The notes under the pieces were generated by a model, which saw only the letters and a program-made list of their open reading frames with translations, was not told where the DNA came from and made no database searches. The position numbers and the translations under genes were made by a program. Positions 13,070 through 25,085 of a DNA stretch of 64,000 nt are shown piece by piece. Source of the DNA: Ginglymostoma cirratum. Its lineage: Eukaryota. Every line of letters begins with the position of its first letter. The first letter of the stretch is position 1. The stretch lies in NCBI GenBank assembly GCA_024137785.1, contig JAHRHZ010000271.1, positions 11,667,144-11,731,143 of the forward strand, given 5' to 3'.

Positions 13070-13144
13070 AGGCACCACTAGAATTTGAACCCAGGATCAT
13101 CCTGTTTACCAGGCAGGCATGTTAAGTAAATAAGCCATGTTGCC
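13070..13144 (-). pseudogene. tRNA-Thr pseudogene
   Basis: Reverse complement GGCAACATGGCTTATTTACTTAACATGCCTGCCTGGTAAACAGGATGATCCTGGGTTCAAATTCTAGTGGTGCCT is colinear with vertebrate tRNA-Thr(AGU), with a decayed D-loop and anticodon reading GGT. Confidence 0.7.
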
Positions 13145-13636
13145 ATCAGACAGTAATGGGTTATTTAAGTTACCTGGCTCAGTTCACCTGTGCATGCTTA
13201 CAGAAAGGCATCAGCTGCAAGGTCGAGTGCCAAAATGACAGCACTGTTGCTTAATGAGCATTTTGTGTTGACTGATGTCCTGATTGGCCCACCCTGCACA
13301 TTTCTGGGAATTAATTAGTGACGTGAGCTTAGGCACCAATATGGCTTTAAGCTCAACTTTGTATCAGATATGTGCACATCTGAATTGCGGTGTTATTTTG
13401 GAACACTAGGAGGCCAAATAACTGCCAAAAAAACGGATGCAACTGAACGCAATTTTGACCTTCAAAAGAATTGATATATATCTTGCATTGCTGCACTTTT
13501 TAATATTATTACATGCTGGCTACTCAAGATATCCAAGTACTTTAAGGATGTAGGTGTGATTTGCAAATGAGCACCAAGGAAATGACTCAGTTTGCATGAT
13601 GTGTTTTCCATAGTTGAGCAGCTGGAAGTATGTGGG

Positions 13637-13804
13637 GAGATAGTAGGAACTGCCGATGCTGGAGAATCTGAGATAAAACGTTGTGGAGCTGGATGAACAC
13701 AGCAGGCCAAGGAGCATCAGAGGAGCAGGAAAACTGACATTTCGGGTCTGGACCTGAAAGGTCGGCTTTCCAGCTGTGTTCCTCCAGCTCTGTGCCTTGT
13801 TATC
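13637..13804. mobile_element. Palindromic mini-element (family A), right arm partly deleted
   Basis: Tail and left arm, centre TTTCGGGTCTGGACCTGAAA, shortened right arm ending CCTTGTTATC. Confidence 0.85.
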
Positions 13805-14704
13805 ACAAAGGAAGTGAAAATTTATTTCTCGAAGAAGAATAAATGCTTTTGCTGAAACTAAAGATTTTATAAATGCCCCAAACAAATGAGTTTTTCTTTT
13901 GGTTCAATCAGGAGGAGGCAAAGAACAAAATTCCATCAATTATCTCAACAGGCATCTCATAAAATTGGTTGCAAGGTCAGAGTATGGCTTGTTTCATTTT
14001 TTTTAATTTAAAGAATAACTGACGTCACCTATTTATTTTGTTGTTTATCATATTTCACAAATGACAGGTAATTTGTAAAATGCAATTGGCCTGCAAACTT
14101 GTGTACTTTCTTCAGAGCATTAAAAAAAAATAAAATTGTCTCTTTGTTGCTTTTCCGTTTAGGACACAGTTCCTGAGCAATTTAAGATGTGAAGTGACAA
14201 TTCAAATGTTTAAGATACTCTCGGGCGGCCAAGATGTGGACTTGAGTTTAAATGCTGCTTTAATCCATTGTTGAGTACAATGATTAAAAAAATTTGAAAG
14301 TTGCATCCAAATGGTCACTCAGAAGCTTGTTAAAACAGCTGATTACTTTTCAAAATGCCCATTGGAGTTCATTAAAAGTCTAAACACTTTGAAAACCATT
14401 GCTGGTCCTCTCCCTAACAAAATCTACCCGAGATGAAACAAACTGCTGGTATGAATTAGAATGAAATTTAAAGCTATAATCAATTTCATATTCCAGAAAA
14501 TGCTGGAGCTGTGAGGAAGACTTCTGAAAAACTCCATTGTAATACTTTGAGGACATATTGACAAGACTTCAGCCACACTTTAGCAATATTTACTGCACAA
14601 ATTCTTCTAGGTCTTCACTCTACAAGAGCAAGTAACGTTCTGATCCATCCTGCCGGATGCTTCACTGGACTCAACAGGAGAAAAGGAGTGTTAAATCATG
14701 GGTA

Positions 14705-15290
14705 TCATGGAATTTAGAAGAATGAGAGGAGATCTCATTGAAACAGATTAGATTCTTAAGGGGCTCGACAGGGTAAATTCTGAGAAGATGTTTCCCCTCG
14801 TGGGCAAGTCTCGGACTAGAGGCCATTGATTCAGAATAAGGGGCACCAGTTTAAGGCATGAGATGAAGAGGAATTTCTTCTCTCAGAGGATTGAGAGTCT
14901 TTAGAACTCCTTGCTACAGACGGCTGCAGTGGCAGCGTCCTTGTGTGTACTTAAGGCTGAGATGGACAGATTATTGATCAGTAGGACAATCAAGGATTAT
15001 GGGGATAGGGCAAGAAAGTGCCTGTGAGGAAAGCCAGATCAGCCATGGTCCTATTGAATGGTGGAGTAGGCTTAAGGGGCTGAACACCCTACCCCTGTTC
15101 CTATTTTTTTATGGTCTTGTCGCGTTATAGATGGTGTAGAGGCCCAGTGCAGAAGTTGAGGAGATTGTTAATAATGGTGTCACTGCAAACAGAGATGTAA
15201 AATAGGTGTGAATTAAGGTATGAAAGGGAGCGAGCGAGTGAGTTCCTCTCTGCTTACAGCAAAGTATACAAGACACAAGAAAAACAAGGC
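14705..15290 (+). mobile_element. CR1 3' fragment plus downstream flank shared with 7640-8280
   Basis: RRMRGDLIE-type coding remnant and ATGGTCTT tail; the sequence after the tail is homologous to 8154-8277. Confidence 0.8.
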
Positions 15291-15899
15291 TACGATCCTA
15301 TTGCATGGTGGAGCAGGCTCAAGTGGCTGAATGTTCCTGTTTCTTATGGTCTTATGGTATCTTGCAATGGAGTCCTATTTGACTGGATTGAGAATGCAAG
15401 GTCAGGATGGTCAGAACAGTACCAGCCATTCAGACCAGGATAATAAGCTGGAAAAGGTGGCACCTTTTCCAAATGCTGTTTTGAGGACATCTCTCCTCCA
15501 TCCCTGGATCATCATCTGCAGGCCATCCTGTGTCTTTTGTGAGAACCTGTGTGCCCTCTCCCTTTGTTCCTGAGCCAACCTGCTGAAGTGCATCAGCCAC
15601 GATACTCCACACTTTCAATGAGAGTGGCTGTAGGAGGCTATATATGCTGCTCCAGAAAACTTGCACATTATCAGATTTTCAATCCCAGCCCTGCGAGTGT
15701 CTGTTTAAACTGTCCAAAAATTGTCAAATTGTGGTAACCATTAGTTAGGACCAAAACAGTGTGCTAAATCCACAATTTCAAACAGGCATGTTGTATTAAC
15801 ATAGCACCCATCTAATGTTTGTTTTCACCATTGAGCCAAAGAAACAACTAATATGTTTTACATTTTGAGACTTGTGCAAACTTTAAGTAAGTAGTACAA

Positions 15900-17150
15900 T
15901 TTGAATGGCCAATTTTTCTACTGAAGAAAAGTCAAAGATTAATAGTTATTCAATATCCTATATGGGGTTCGTTTTGGGTTATCTCACAAACTGTGCTCAT
16001 CAGTTTCATTGATAATCAATATTTGAATAACACTGCTTTCATACCAATCTTGCTGACACAATCCATGTCACAAGGTTGTTCCATCAACTGATGCTACCAA
16101 TCATCTTCTGATTTTTTTTATGACAGTTTCCCACGGTCACTCAAAATCTCCTTTGTCACTTTCAAACCAACTATATTGCACTTTCGAATTTGAGGTTAAT
16201 TTTTCCAGCATGCTTTTTTGAACAGTCTATCAAACAATTCTTTTGAAAATCCTTCACTTGGAAGGTACACAAGACTTTAATTTCCAAAGCCCTATTCCAA
16301 TGGGGCACTCTGTGTCCCATCTGAGTCTGTTGTAGGATAACTGATAATGTTTGATTTCCATTATTGTTATTCAACAAATCTATTATCATTGCATGTGTGA
16401 CTACCAGATTAGTAGGGAGCAAATTAGACTTGGGGACGAGAAGGTAAACTTTTCCTTTCCTTATTTTAACAGTTCTCATATTCCATTTTGCATATTGTTG
16501 AGTTTGTTGTTGTAGGAACAAGAGCCAGGTGAATCTCATTGAGTATGAGATCCCTGATTGGGGTTGTTAACCTGGGCCAATTAGGCTGACTACCTGGCTG
16601 ACAGATATAAACAGGAGTCTCAAAGAGTGTCCTCATTCTCAGAACTGGCCCTGAGCGACCTAGTCAGAGTCCATGTACCATGCATGTGTAAATAAGAGGT
16701 GACTTGGTGATGGGATAATGGCCTCTCTAGAGTTATTCCACTTGTTGTCTTAGAAACCTCTGTTGAAGGGGAATATATGCATGAAGGTAAAGGCTCAGAA
16801 GGAAATCCTCCATTTCCCATATTTCCAAGTCTTGAATTCTCCCCTTATGCCAAACAGTCCTTGATTTGATCATTGTAGACAAGGGCTATTGAAATTCAAA
16901 TTCCAACATATTTTAACACCTGAGACCTTCATGGACTAAAGTGACCTTTAAAAAGGATAAATATTGTCCGAAGCTGGCTGAGGCAGTCACCTGGTTAAGT
17001 CAAGCTCGTGAAAGCATCCATAAACCAGGATTCATCTGATTCAAAACTAACTTCATTATTAAAGGTACTAGGCATTCAGATCCATATCTTACAGTTGATT
17101 CGTACTTTTCAGCAACTTACACATTGGAATGAAAGTTGGCTGTAGGCCAC
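15900..17150 (-). mobile_element. Possible ancient Copia-like RT/RNaseH remnant
   Basis: Broken frames read LKYVGI (about 16900) and PWETVIKKIRR (about 16110); heavily decayed. Confidence 0.25.
16511..16740 (+). mobile_element. Short solo LTR (about 230 bp)
   Basis: TGTAG...AGTTATTCCA, GATATAAA TATA-like box, near-TSD GTTGT/CTTGT; homologous to 41956-42180. Confidence 0.7.
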
Positions 17151-17192
17151 ATACTTCATGGAAAGATAATGGACTAAACTACAGAATACATA

Positions 17193-17521
17193 TCATAGAA
17201 TTCCCTACACTGTGGAAACAGGCCATTCGGCCCAATAAGTCCACACCGCCCCTCCGAAGAGTATCCCACCCAGGCCCATTCCTCTGCATTTTCCCATGTT
17301 TAACCCACCTACCTAAACATCCCTGGGCACTAAGGGAAATTTGACACAGCCAATCTACCTAGCCTGCACATCTTTAGACTGTGGGAGGAAACCGGAGCAC
17401 CCAAAGGAAACCCACGCAGACACCGGGAGAATGTGCAAACTCCACACAGACAGTTGCTCAAGGGTGGAATTGAACCCAGGTCCCTGGTGCTGTGAGGCAG
17501 CAGTGCTAACCACAGTGCCCC
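17193..17521 (-). mobile_element. HE1-type V-SINE
   Basis: tRNA head (GTGGTTAGCACTGCTGCCTCACAG..GGTTCAATTCC), V-domain (GTGTGGAGTTTGCACATTCTCCC..GGTGCTCCGGTTTCCTCCCAC) and CR1-like tail. Confidence 0.95.
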
Positions 17522-19504
17522 ATTGAGCTGTATTTCAATGGCTGAATAATTTGGGAAATATGAATTGTAACAGCTAAGCGTAAAAAGCATATAAAAATAT
17601 TTGTTGAGACAAACCTAGAGATGTTATTGTGAAATATTTAATATATCTTTGAGAAATTAGCTTTGAAATATTGTGGAGATGACTAAATATTTTAAAAAGG
17701 TCAACGAAAATCCTTTCTTAAATTATTTTATCTTGGAAACCATGATGTGTTGTGATAATTGCTGGTTTTGTTTGCTTGAGTTCACTTCAAGAAAAGCACT
17801 TGAGTATTTTATGACTGGGGTTTATGGTTGTACCATTTGAGCAATGTTTGCAGGATTGGAATTTCTGTTGGAATTCGTTCGGGAAAGCCTGTTAAGAATA
17901 AGCTGTACTGTTGATTTTCTCCTGTTTTCAAAACATCTTTGTGATGAATCGAGTGTGATCAAAAAAAAAATCCCAGTTTGGTGTTTTCTGTGTAAGCTGT
18001 GTCTGCCAAGGTTCCAGAGACAACCGTGTACAAATAGTGATGTAGCCACGCGTGTCAGCACACTAGTACTTCATAAAACTCTGTGCCTTTTACCTTCAAA
18101 AGTAATCAACCTTAACCAGAAAGTTATTTTTGCCCTTTTTAAAGCGCATGTCTTTAAAAGAAATCTTTTTTAGGTGCGCATTTGTGTGTGTGCTGCATTA
18201 TTTAGAAGAGAATGCATTCATATTTTTATATTACAAACTAGTAACCAATTCTGCAACTTGACTACATGGTTTTGTTTTATAATGAATTGCAACTTTGTGT
18301 TTGCTGAAGAAACTTAGTTGATGGATTTTTTTAATAAGATAACTTATAAGAATTTAATACACAAATTAAAGCAACAAAATATTTTTCTTTATATATTTTA
18401 AATTATTAATCACATTAGTAGCACTGACAATTAGTTACCAAAAACATGCTATGGAATGTGATTAATATAACAAATGAAGGTAGGAGGATTAAATAATTTC
18501 ATTATTTATTAAGTGAGAATGGAGAGAAAAGGTTTCTACTTCCTAATCAATGAGTCCAATACACTTCCTATTTTGATTAGATTCTTTGATAATACTTTGT
18601 CTTCTCCATATGTCCACAGTCCAAAATATAAACTTTTTGAAAATGGCGACTGAGCCAAGCATGGAAATTGCACAACCGAAGATAATTTTTGTACATAATG
18701 GGGTAAATTAAAGTTTTAGTATTCTGATTACAGAACTTCATTTATTTCAAATACTTAACACTGAGTGGTATATAACCAGACAGAATAATTTGCACAAAAA
18801 TATTTCTGATTTGCAGTCCTGTTATGTAACACTTTAGCAAGGGGCATTTGCATCATATGTTTGTCCCATACGAAATGTATCAGCAATCATTATTAGTGTT
18901 ATATCAGCCTTGGTTGCTACTAAGTAAAATGACATCATTGCACAGCTGTACCTCTATAATCCTGCTGATCTGGTGCAAAACTGGAATGGAGCTGCTTGAC
19001 CTGCTGTGTTCATCCAGCCCCATGCTTGTTATCACGGTATAGGGAGTGGTGTTTTACAAAGACAGACCAGCACTTCAACTGTTGATGATGAGAACGTATT
19101 GTGTATACCCATAATCAAATAAACAGGTAAAAGGTGCAATACACTCAGTTGTGAAACATATCATGGCACCAAGTCTGAATCTAGTTTTGAATCATGGTTT
19201 ATTATGAACTACTGAAATATGCCATTCTTTCTCTTTGCAATGATCACATATTAGTGTGAACATGGTAGATATGTCTAGCACACTTGTTTTGTCAAGGGCA
19301 ATCCACTTCTTAAATTATCCTCTTTCAGAAAGATTAATCTACATGCTGAGAAGTAAAATCCATTCAGACCTGAAGCAGATTTTTATGTTCTATGGGCCTT
19401 TTTATACTATAGTCTCACTGGAGGCATAACGTTGATTGGAATTGACAAGAATAATGTGATTTATAAGGAGATAATTGAAATCTCATAGAGGTAAAGAAAT
19501 CATT

Positions 19505-20398
19505 GATCAAGAAAAACTATAGGTCATTCGACCCCTCAAAACTACTCCACCACTTATTGTGATTATCTTTGATCATCAAGATCAAGACCTAATCCCGCCA
19601 TCTTCCCATATCCCTTGATCCCTTTATCGTCAAGATCTGTACCTATTTCCTCCTTGAAAACACACAATGTTTTGGCCTCAAACATTTTCTGTGGCAGTGA
19701 ATTCCACAGGCTCACTGCTCTCTGGGTGAAGTTATTTCTTCTCATCTCAGCCCTAAAAAGTTTACCTTTATCCTAAATCTGAGCCTGGTCCTGGACTTCC
19801 CCACCATCGGGAACATTCTTCCTACATCTAACCTAATCCTGTTAAAATATTATAGGTCTTTATGAGATCCCTTTCGCTCTTCTAACCTCCAGCAAATACA
19901 ATCCTAATAAAATTAACCCCTCCTCATTCCTCAGTCCTCCCATTTTCGGGAATCAATTTAGTAAACCCTCACTTCACTCCCTCTGTCCTCAGATAAGGAG
20001 GTGAAAATTGCACATAATATTTCACGTGTGGCCCCACCAATGCCCCGTATAATTGCAGTAAGATATCCTGTTCCTGTACTTAAACCAGGATATGAAGGCC
20101 ATCGTACAGTTGGCTTTCCTTACTGCCTGCTGCATCCATGTGCTTACTTTCAAAGACTGGTACGTGAGGGCACCCAGGTCTCATTAAACATTCCCCTCCC
20201 TCAGTTTACAGGCATTCAAATAATAATTTGCTTTCCTATTTTTGCCATGAAAATGGATAATTTCACACTTTATCCACATTATATTGCATCTGCCATGCAT
20301 TTGCCCAGTCATTTAGCCTCTCAAAATCACATCTCTACGTCCTCCTCACAGGTCACTCTTCCACCCAGCTTTATGTCATCTGCAAGTTTTGCAATATT
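19505..20398 (-). mobile_element. CR1 3' fragment
   Basis: ORF 19563-19745 MRRNNFTQRAVSLWNSLPQ. Confidence 0.85.
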
Positions 20399-20939
20399 AT
20401 GTTATAACCTTGTAACTGGTTTTCCCTGAACTGTTGTGACCTCTTTGATCTTGGTTTCCACTGTGCTCTCTCAGCTGGCTGCTGTTTAATTTAGTTTGGC
20501 CAATTTTCTGCCAGGCCTGATTTCTCCAGCTGTGGGTCAATTTGGAATGTCCCATTTTGGGCCTGTAGTCATTCGACCACATGGCTATCTTCCAATTCCA
20601 TCTTCATCACAATGACCCTGCATGCTCCATTGACACCATCCTTGATCCTTCACCCATGCAAGGTATAAATCACTAGGCTTGGTACATCATGCCCGCTCTC
20701 AGTCCAACTCAAACACCGCTTCAAGACTTTACTTTGGAGTTCAGCGTACTGCAACTTGTATGTTTCCGCAAGGTCACTTTTTGTGCATGAATACACATGT
20801 ATCTAATATATTTGAACAGGTTGCATCTTATGTTTCTCAGCTTAGTTTCTTAATACTTACTGACATGGTGCTACTTGGAAGCTTCCAGCTTCGGAGTTCT
20901 GGATAGCTTTTTAGCAGATAGATGTCTATGAAGTCTGAG

Positions 20940-21780
20940 GAATGGGTAATTTTTCCTTCAAGAGACAAAGGGAGAGATTGAGTTTGCTGGATTGAATGGA
21001 AGAGCTGTCAGTGATGCTACAAGAGCAGGGAGGGTGATGAGGTGCCTCCAGTGAGTAAATAGGAAATGCAGAGGCCAGGAAGGATTAGGGTTTAGGAGGA
21101 GGAGGTGGGCAAGAGATGTTGAGCGGACGTGAAGACTGCACTAGTGAGAGATGCGGTCCATGGGCCTTAGTGAGAAGCACGTGGAGTGATTCAGTCAGAG
21201 AGCGTGGTGGTCCTGTGAGTGTGACATAGCAGTTGAAAGATGGTGGCACTTATTCTTGTGAAGCGTAGAGCATCATGAATGTTCTTCTTGCTCTGCTGTG
21301 GATTCTGTTTAACCCGGGACACAGCATTGATTTGGATGGTTATCTGTTTCCATGCTGGTTGACTCAGGTAGCGTGATTTCCTTTGCTGGTCTGCAAGATA
21401 AAGCATTGCCCTCCCCTGTACATCCCTGTCCACTGGCATATCCCATTCCCTGCTGGTGAACTGAGGCCTCTTTTGGGCCATGTCCTCCATGATGACAGTT
21501 GAGCAGCACGTTGTGAGGTATAGTTCTTCACTTGTAGTGTCTCATGTGCAGTAGAAATGGGGCTTCACTATGGCACCAGCAACATGAATGTTATGAGCTC
21601 CCAGCAAAGGGCAGCACTTCCACCTGGCTCTACAATAAGCACACTGTACAGGCTGGGTGCATTATTAATGCGATGAAGCATGGAAGGTTGCCTGAGAAAA
21701 ATCACAATGGGCTTTGCCAAATTGGGTGCAGTCAAACCTATTCAAAAATACTCTGTGATTAGAAATGGGAGAATTGAGCC
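20940..21780 (-). mobile_element. PIF/Harbinger DNA transposon relic
   Basis: Contains a Myb/SANT-like frame; candidate TIR GGCTCAATTCTCCCA (reverse strand) near 21766-21780. Confidence 0.55.
21254..21490 (-). pseudogene. Myb/SANT-like DNA-binding domain (Harbinger ORF, MSANTD/NAIF1-like)
   Basis: KRPQFTSREWD..V..RAMLY...PAWKQITIQINAVSRVKQNPQQSKKNIHD fits the R.F..E...L...AW..IA..VNA....R...Q.KKW.D trihelix pattern with degenerate positions. Confidence 0.65.
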
Positions 21781-22023
21781 TTGTTAGATTTGGCAGCTGC
21801 CATGGTTTCTGTTGTCAATTTGTTGGAGATTTCTCCCCATGGTGTTCTGAGTACAACAGGTTCTGGAAGTGTGGATAATCCATTGCTTATTTTATTGCAC
21901 TATTTTTTAGACTGTGGTCCTTACTGGCCTAGTTCAGTACAGCAACCCTGGATATCTTCCTCTGTCTCTCTGTTGATAAGGAATTCTTGCTTTGATCTAT
22001 TTCTGTAATGGTCCCTGCACATG

Positions 22024-22751
22024 ATGGCACAGTAGTTAATGCTGCTGCTTCACAGCACCGGGGACCTGGGTTTGATTCCAATCTCAGGCAAATGCATGCG
22101 TGGAGTTTGCACATTCTACCTGTGTCTGCGTGGATTTCCTCTCACAGTCCAAAGACGATGTTGCCATGTATGGGAGACTTGAGTTATAAAGAAAGCTGGA
22201 TAGGCTGGGACATTTTCACTCAACATAGGGGGTTGAGAGGTGACCTTTATTGAAGTTTATAAAATAATTAGTGGTATAAATAGAGATAATGGCAGTTGTC
22301 TTTTCCCTAGGATGGGGGATTTCAACATTTTTAAGGTGAGAGGAGAGAGATTTAAAGAAGACATGAGGGGCAAATCTTTTACTCAGAGGGTGGTTTGCAT
22401 GTGGAATGAACTTCTGAGGATTACAATGTTGAAAAGACATTTGGATAAGTACACAAATAGGGAAGGTTTGGCAGAATATGGGCCAGGAGCAGGCAGGTGG
22501 GATCAGCTTAGTTTCAGATCATCTTCGTTATGGGCTGGATCTCGGGTCTGTTTCTGTGCTGTATGACTCTTATTTGCAGGTTAAGTGAATTTGCCATGCT
22601 AAATTTCCCATAGTGTGCCGGCTAAGTGGATTAGCCATGGGAAGTGCAGAGTTAAAGAGATCGGTTGGGGGTGGTAGGATGCTCTCTAGCAGGGCAGTGT
22701 GGACTTGATGGGCTGAATGGCCTGCTTCCGCACTGTAGGGATTCTATGATT
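22024..22751 (+). mobile_element. HE1-type V-SINE split by a CR1 insertion
   Basis: Head and V-domain 22024-22156; remainder and tail 22571-22751. Confidence 0.9.
22157..22570 (+). mobile_element. CR1 3' fragment inside HE1
   Basis: ORF 22240-22566 IEVYKIISGINR..FTQRVVCMWNEL; ends TGTATGACTCT. Confidence 0.9.
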
Positions 22752-22910
22752 CACACAAAGTAGTTGGCAGACGTTAACGCAGATCAAATCCTAATATAGC
22801 TGCTATTTGTAAAATGTTGAATCATATTTTCAATTGGTCCAATATTAGGTTACTTTGTGTCTTTGGCATAGATCATGCCACTCTCTTTCAGTTGAGGCAA
22901 TTAACCTTTA

Positions 22911-23051
22911 AACATAAACAGAAAGTGCTGGAGAAGCTTAGCAGGTCTTAGTTACCTGTGGAGAAAAACCAGGGTGGGCGTATTGAGTCCCAGTGACCCT
23001 TCTCGAGAACATGCTTCAGATTTCCAGCATCAGCTGTTCTTCGTTTTATTT
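22911..23051. mobile_element. Mini-element (family B): antisense arm plus inverted tail
   Basis: Same layout as 10864-11008; 12-bp TSD AATTAACCTTTA / AATTAACTTTTA with one mismatch. Confidence 0.8.
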
Positions 23052-24089
23052 AATTAACTTTTATACTGTCTCAGGCATTAGCTTGGACAGCTCTCATACT
23101 GTCACTGTATTGATGAGGTAGGAGAGCTATCCACATCTTTGGGGAAACACTGTCAGAGTTTCTGTTTACCCTTGGAAATATTCATTGAATTTCAAAAGCT
23201 GTCTTGTGATTTTTCTCGTAAGCCAAGTGTGCCAGGGTGCAAGTAGAAACTAAATCCATGTGCTTTCTGGGAGATGTTTTATTAGATTCCTTGTTTCCAT
23301 TTTAAAGACAGATTCCCTTACAAATACAGATAATTATACATTTGTGGCAATGTGCACATGTTTCATTTACAATGCTTTCAATGAGGAGATAAATCAGTCA
23401 AAGGGTTATCTACAGACCTTGTTCCTCAGAACAAACACAGCGAAGCTGCCTTTGACTAACAGGAACGGGACCATTGGAACAATTCCAGTGTTGAGGTTGT
23501 TAACATCTCCCTGTGCTGTCATAGACAAAACAGAAAAGCATTTCAAACCTAAGAGATGATAATACAAATATTGGAAATCTGGATCAAAAACTGAAAATAC
23601 TACAGACAGTGATCAGGCTGGGTAGAATCTGTTTGTACGTCACTGTTCAATTGATATTTTTGCTTCTGTGCTTTACAAAATGCTAAGCATCTGCAGTCTT
23701 CTCTGTGGTTCCCATAAGATATAACAACCTGCAACAGAGGAACACATCTCAAGAAGGAACTGGATCTCAGTCATCTTGTGCAGAAAACAATGCATTCTAC
23801 ATATTTTGTAAACTGGATTGGAAACTAGATTTGTCAAAGGTTAAACACATTTCGGATGAACTTCCTTAATCTAAAAACCAAAACTTCCTTATTTCCTGGG
23901 TTAAACTAAATGTCCCGAACCTATCTTGGGTTATAAATGTTCATTTTTAACAAGGGAGTGACAGAAATACTGCAGAGTGTTCAGCAAGTGCCAAAGGTCC
24001 TGGAGTAAGAAGGACCATACAGACGGGTGTGCAACCATCCCTAAAGCTTCTAAAAACAACATGTTTTTATTTTTCATCCATCATGATAG

Positions 24090-25085
24090 GCAGAGAATGT
24101 ACTAAGGGGCAAACAATTTTTAATACATGCAGCAGATGCAGGGTAGGGACAATAGACAGGTTTTTGAGTTGGCAGGCTGTAAGTGATGATGTCCCGTGAC
24201 AATCTGTGTTGGGGCTTCAAATATTCACCATATTTATGAACAAATCTATGGTAGAAAACCATGTCTCAAAATTCAACAAACATAGGTGGCATAGTAGTGT
24301 ACATGGAGGCATGAAATTACCGAGATTATGATGGATTAAGTGTATGAGCCAAACTGTGGCAAATTAGTTTCAAAGTGGACAGGTGTGACATTATCCACCT
24401 TTCACCTAAAATGAATAAGACAGGCCACTTTCTAAATTTGAACAAGATAAAATCAAGAAAGGGCAAGTGGACTTGAAATCCAGACACACATATCATCAAT
24501 ATGTAACAAACATATACAAAAAATAATGTTAAAAACTAGTGGAATATAACCCATTATATCTGGAAGAATAGATATAAAGGGTAGAAGTCATTCTTCAGCT
24601 ATATCAGTGGTTGGTTAGACTGCGTTGAGTGATTGTGAGCAGTAATGGCACTACATTGTAGGACTGAGTTAATGCCTTTGACGAGCGTAGTGTAATAGAA
24701 TAATATTTGAATTAGGTTTAAATGACTAGAAGATATAGACTAAAAAGGGTGGTATTCCCTGGAATTAGAAGGCTAAAGGGAATTGGCAATGGATAGAGAA
24801 AAAAATATTTTGGTGGGTGGGAATCTAGGCCCCCAAGACATTATCTAAAAATTAAGAGTCAGATCTTTCAACGGTAAAACTAGAAAACATTTGTAAATGT
24901 GAAGGGAGGTAGAAGACTGGCATTCTTTTGTGTAAATGACAATTGGTGCTTAATCAATTATTAATGTTAAACCATGATTGGAAGTTTTTATTAATCATAC
25001 ATTGAGGCCTCTGAGCCAAAGGCAACTATACACAGTTAGGTTTTAAATCAACTATAATCTCAGGAACATGAGGTGCCACTGGCCG
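24090..25085 (+). mobile_element. Ancient CR1 fragment
   Basis: Highly diverged CR1 ORF2 motifs in the expected order. Confidence 0.55.

Noticed and set aside
17620-18420. Additional solo LTRs here and at about 34130-35080, 51860-52430 and 54130-54720
   Set aside because: Composition is LTR-like, but paired TG..CA termini with TSDs could not be established
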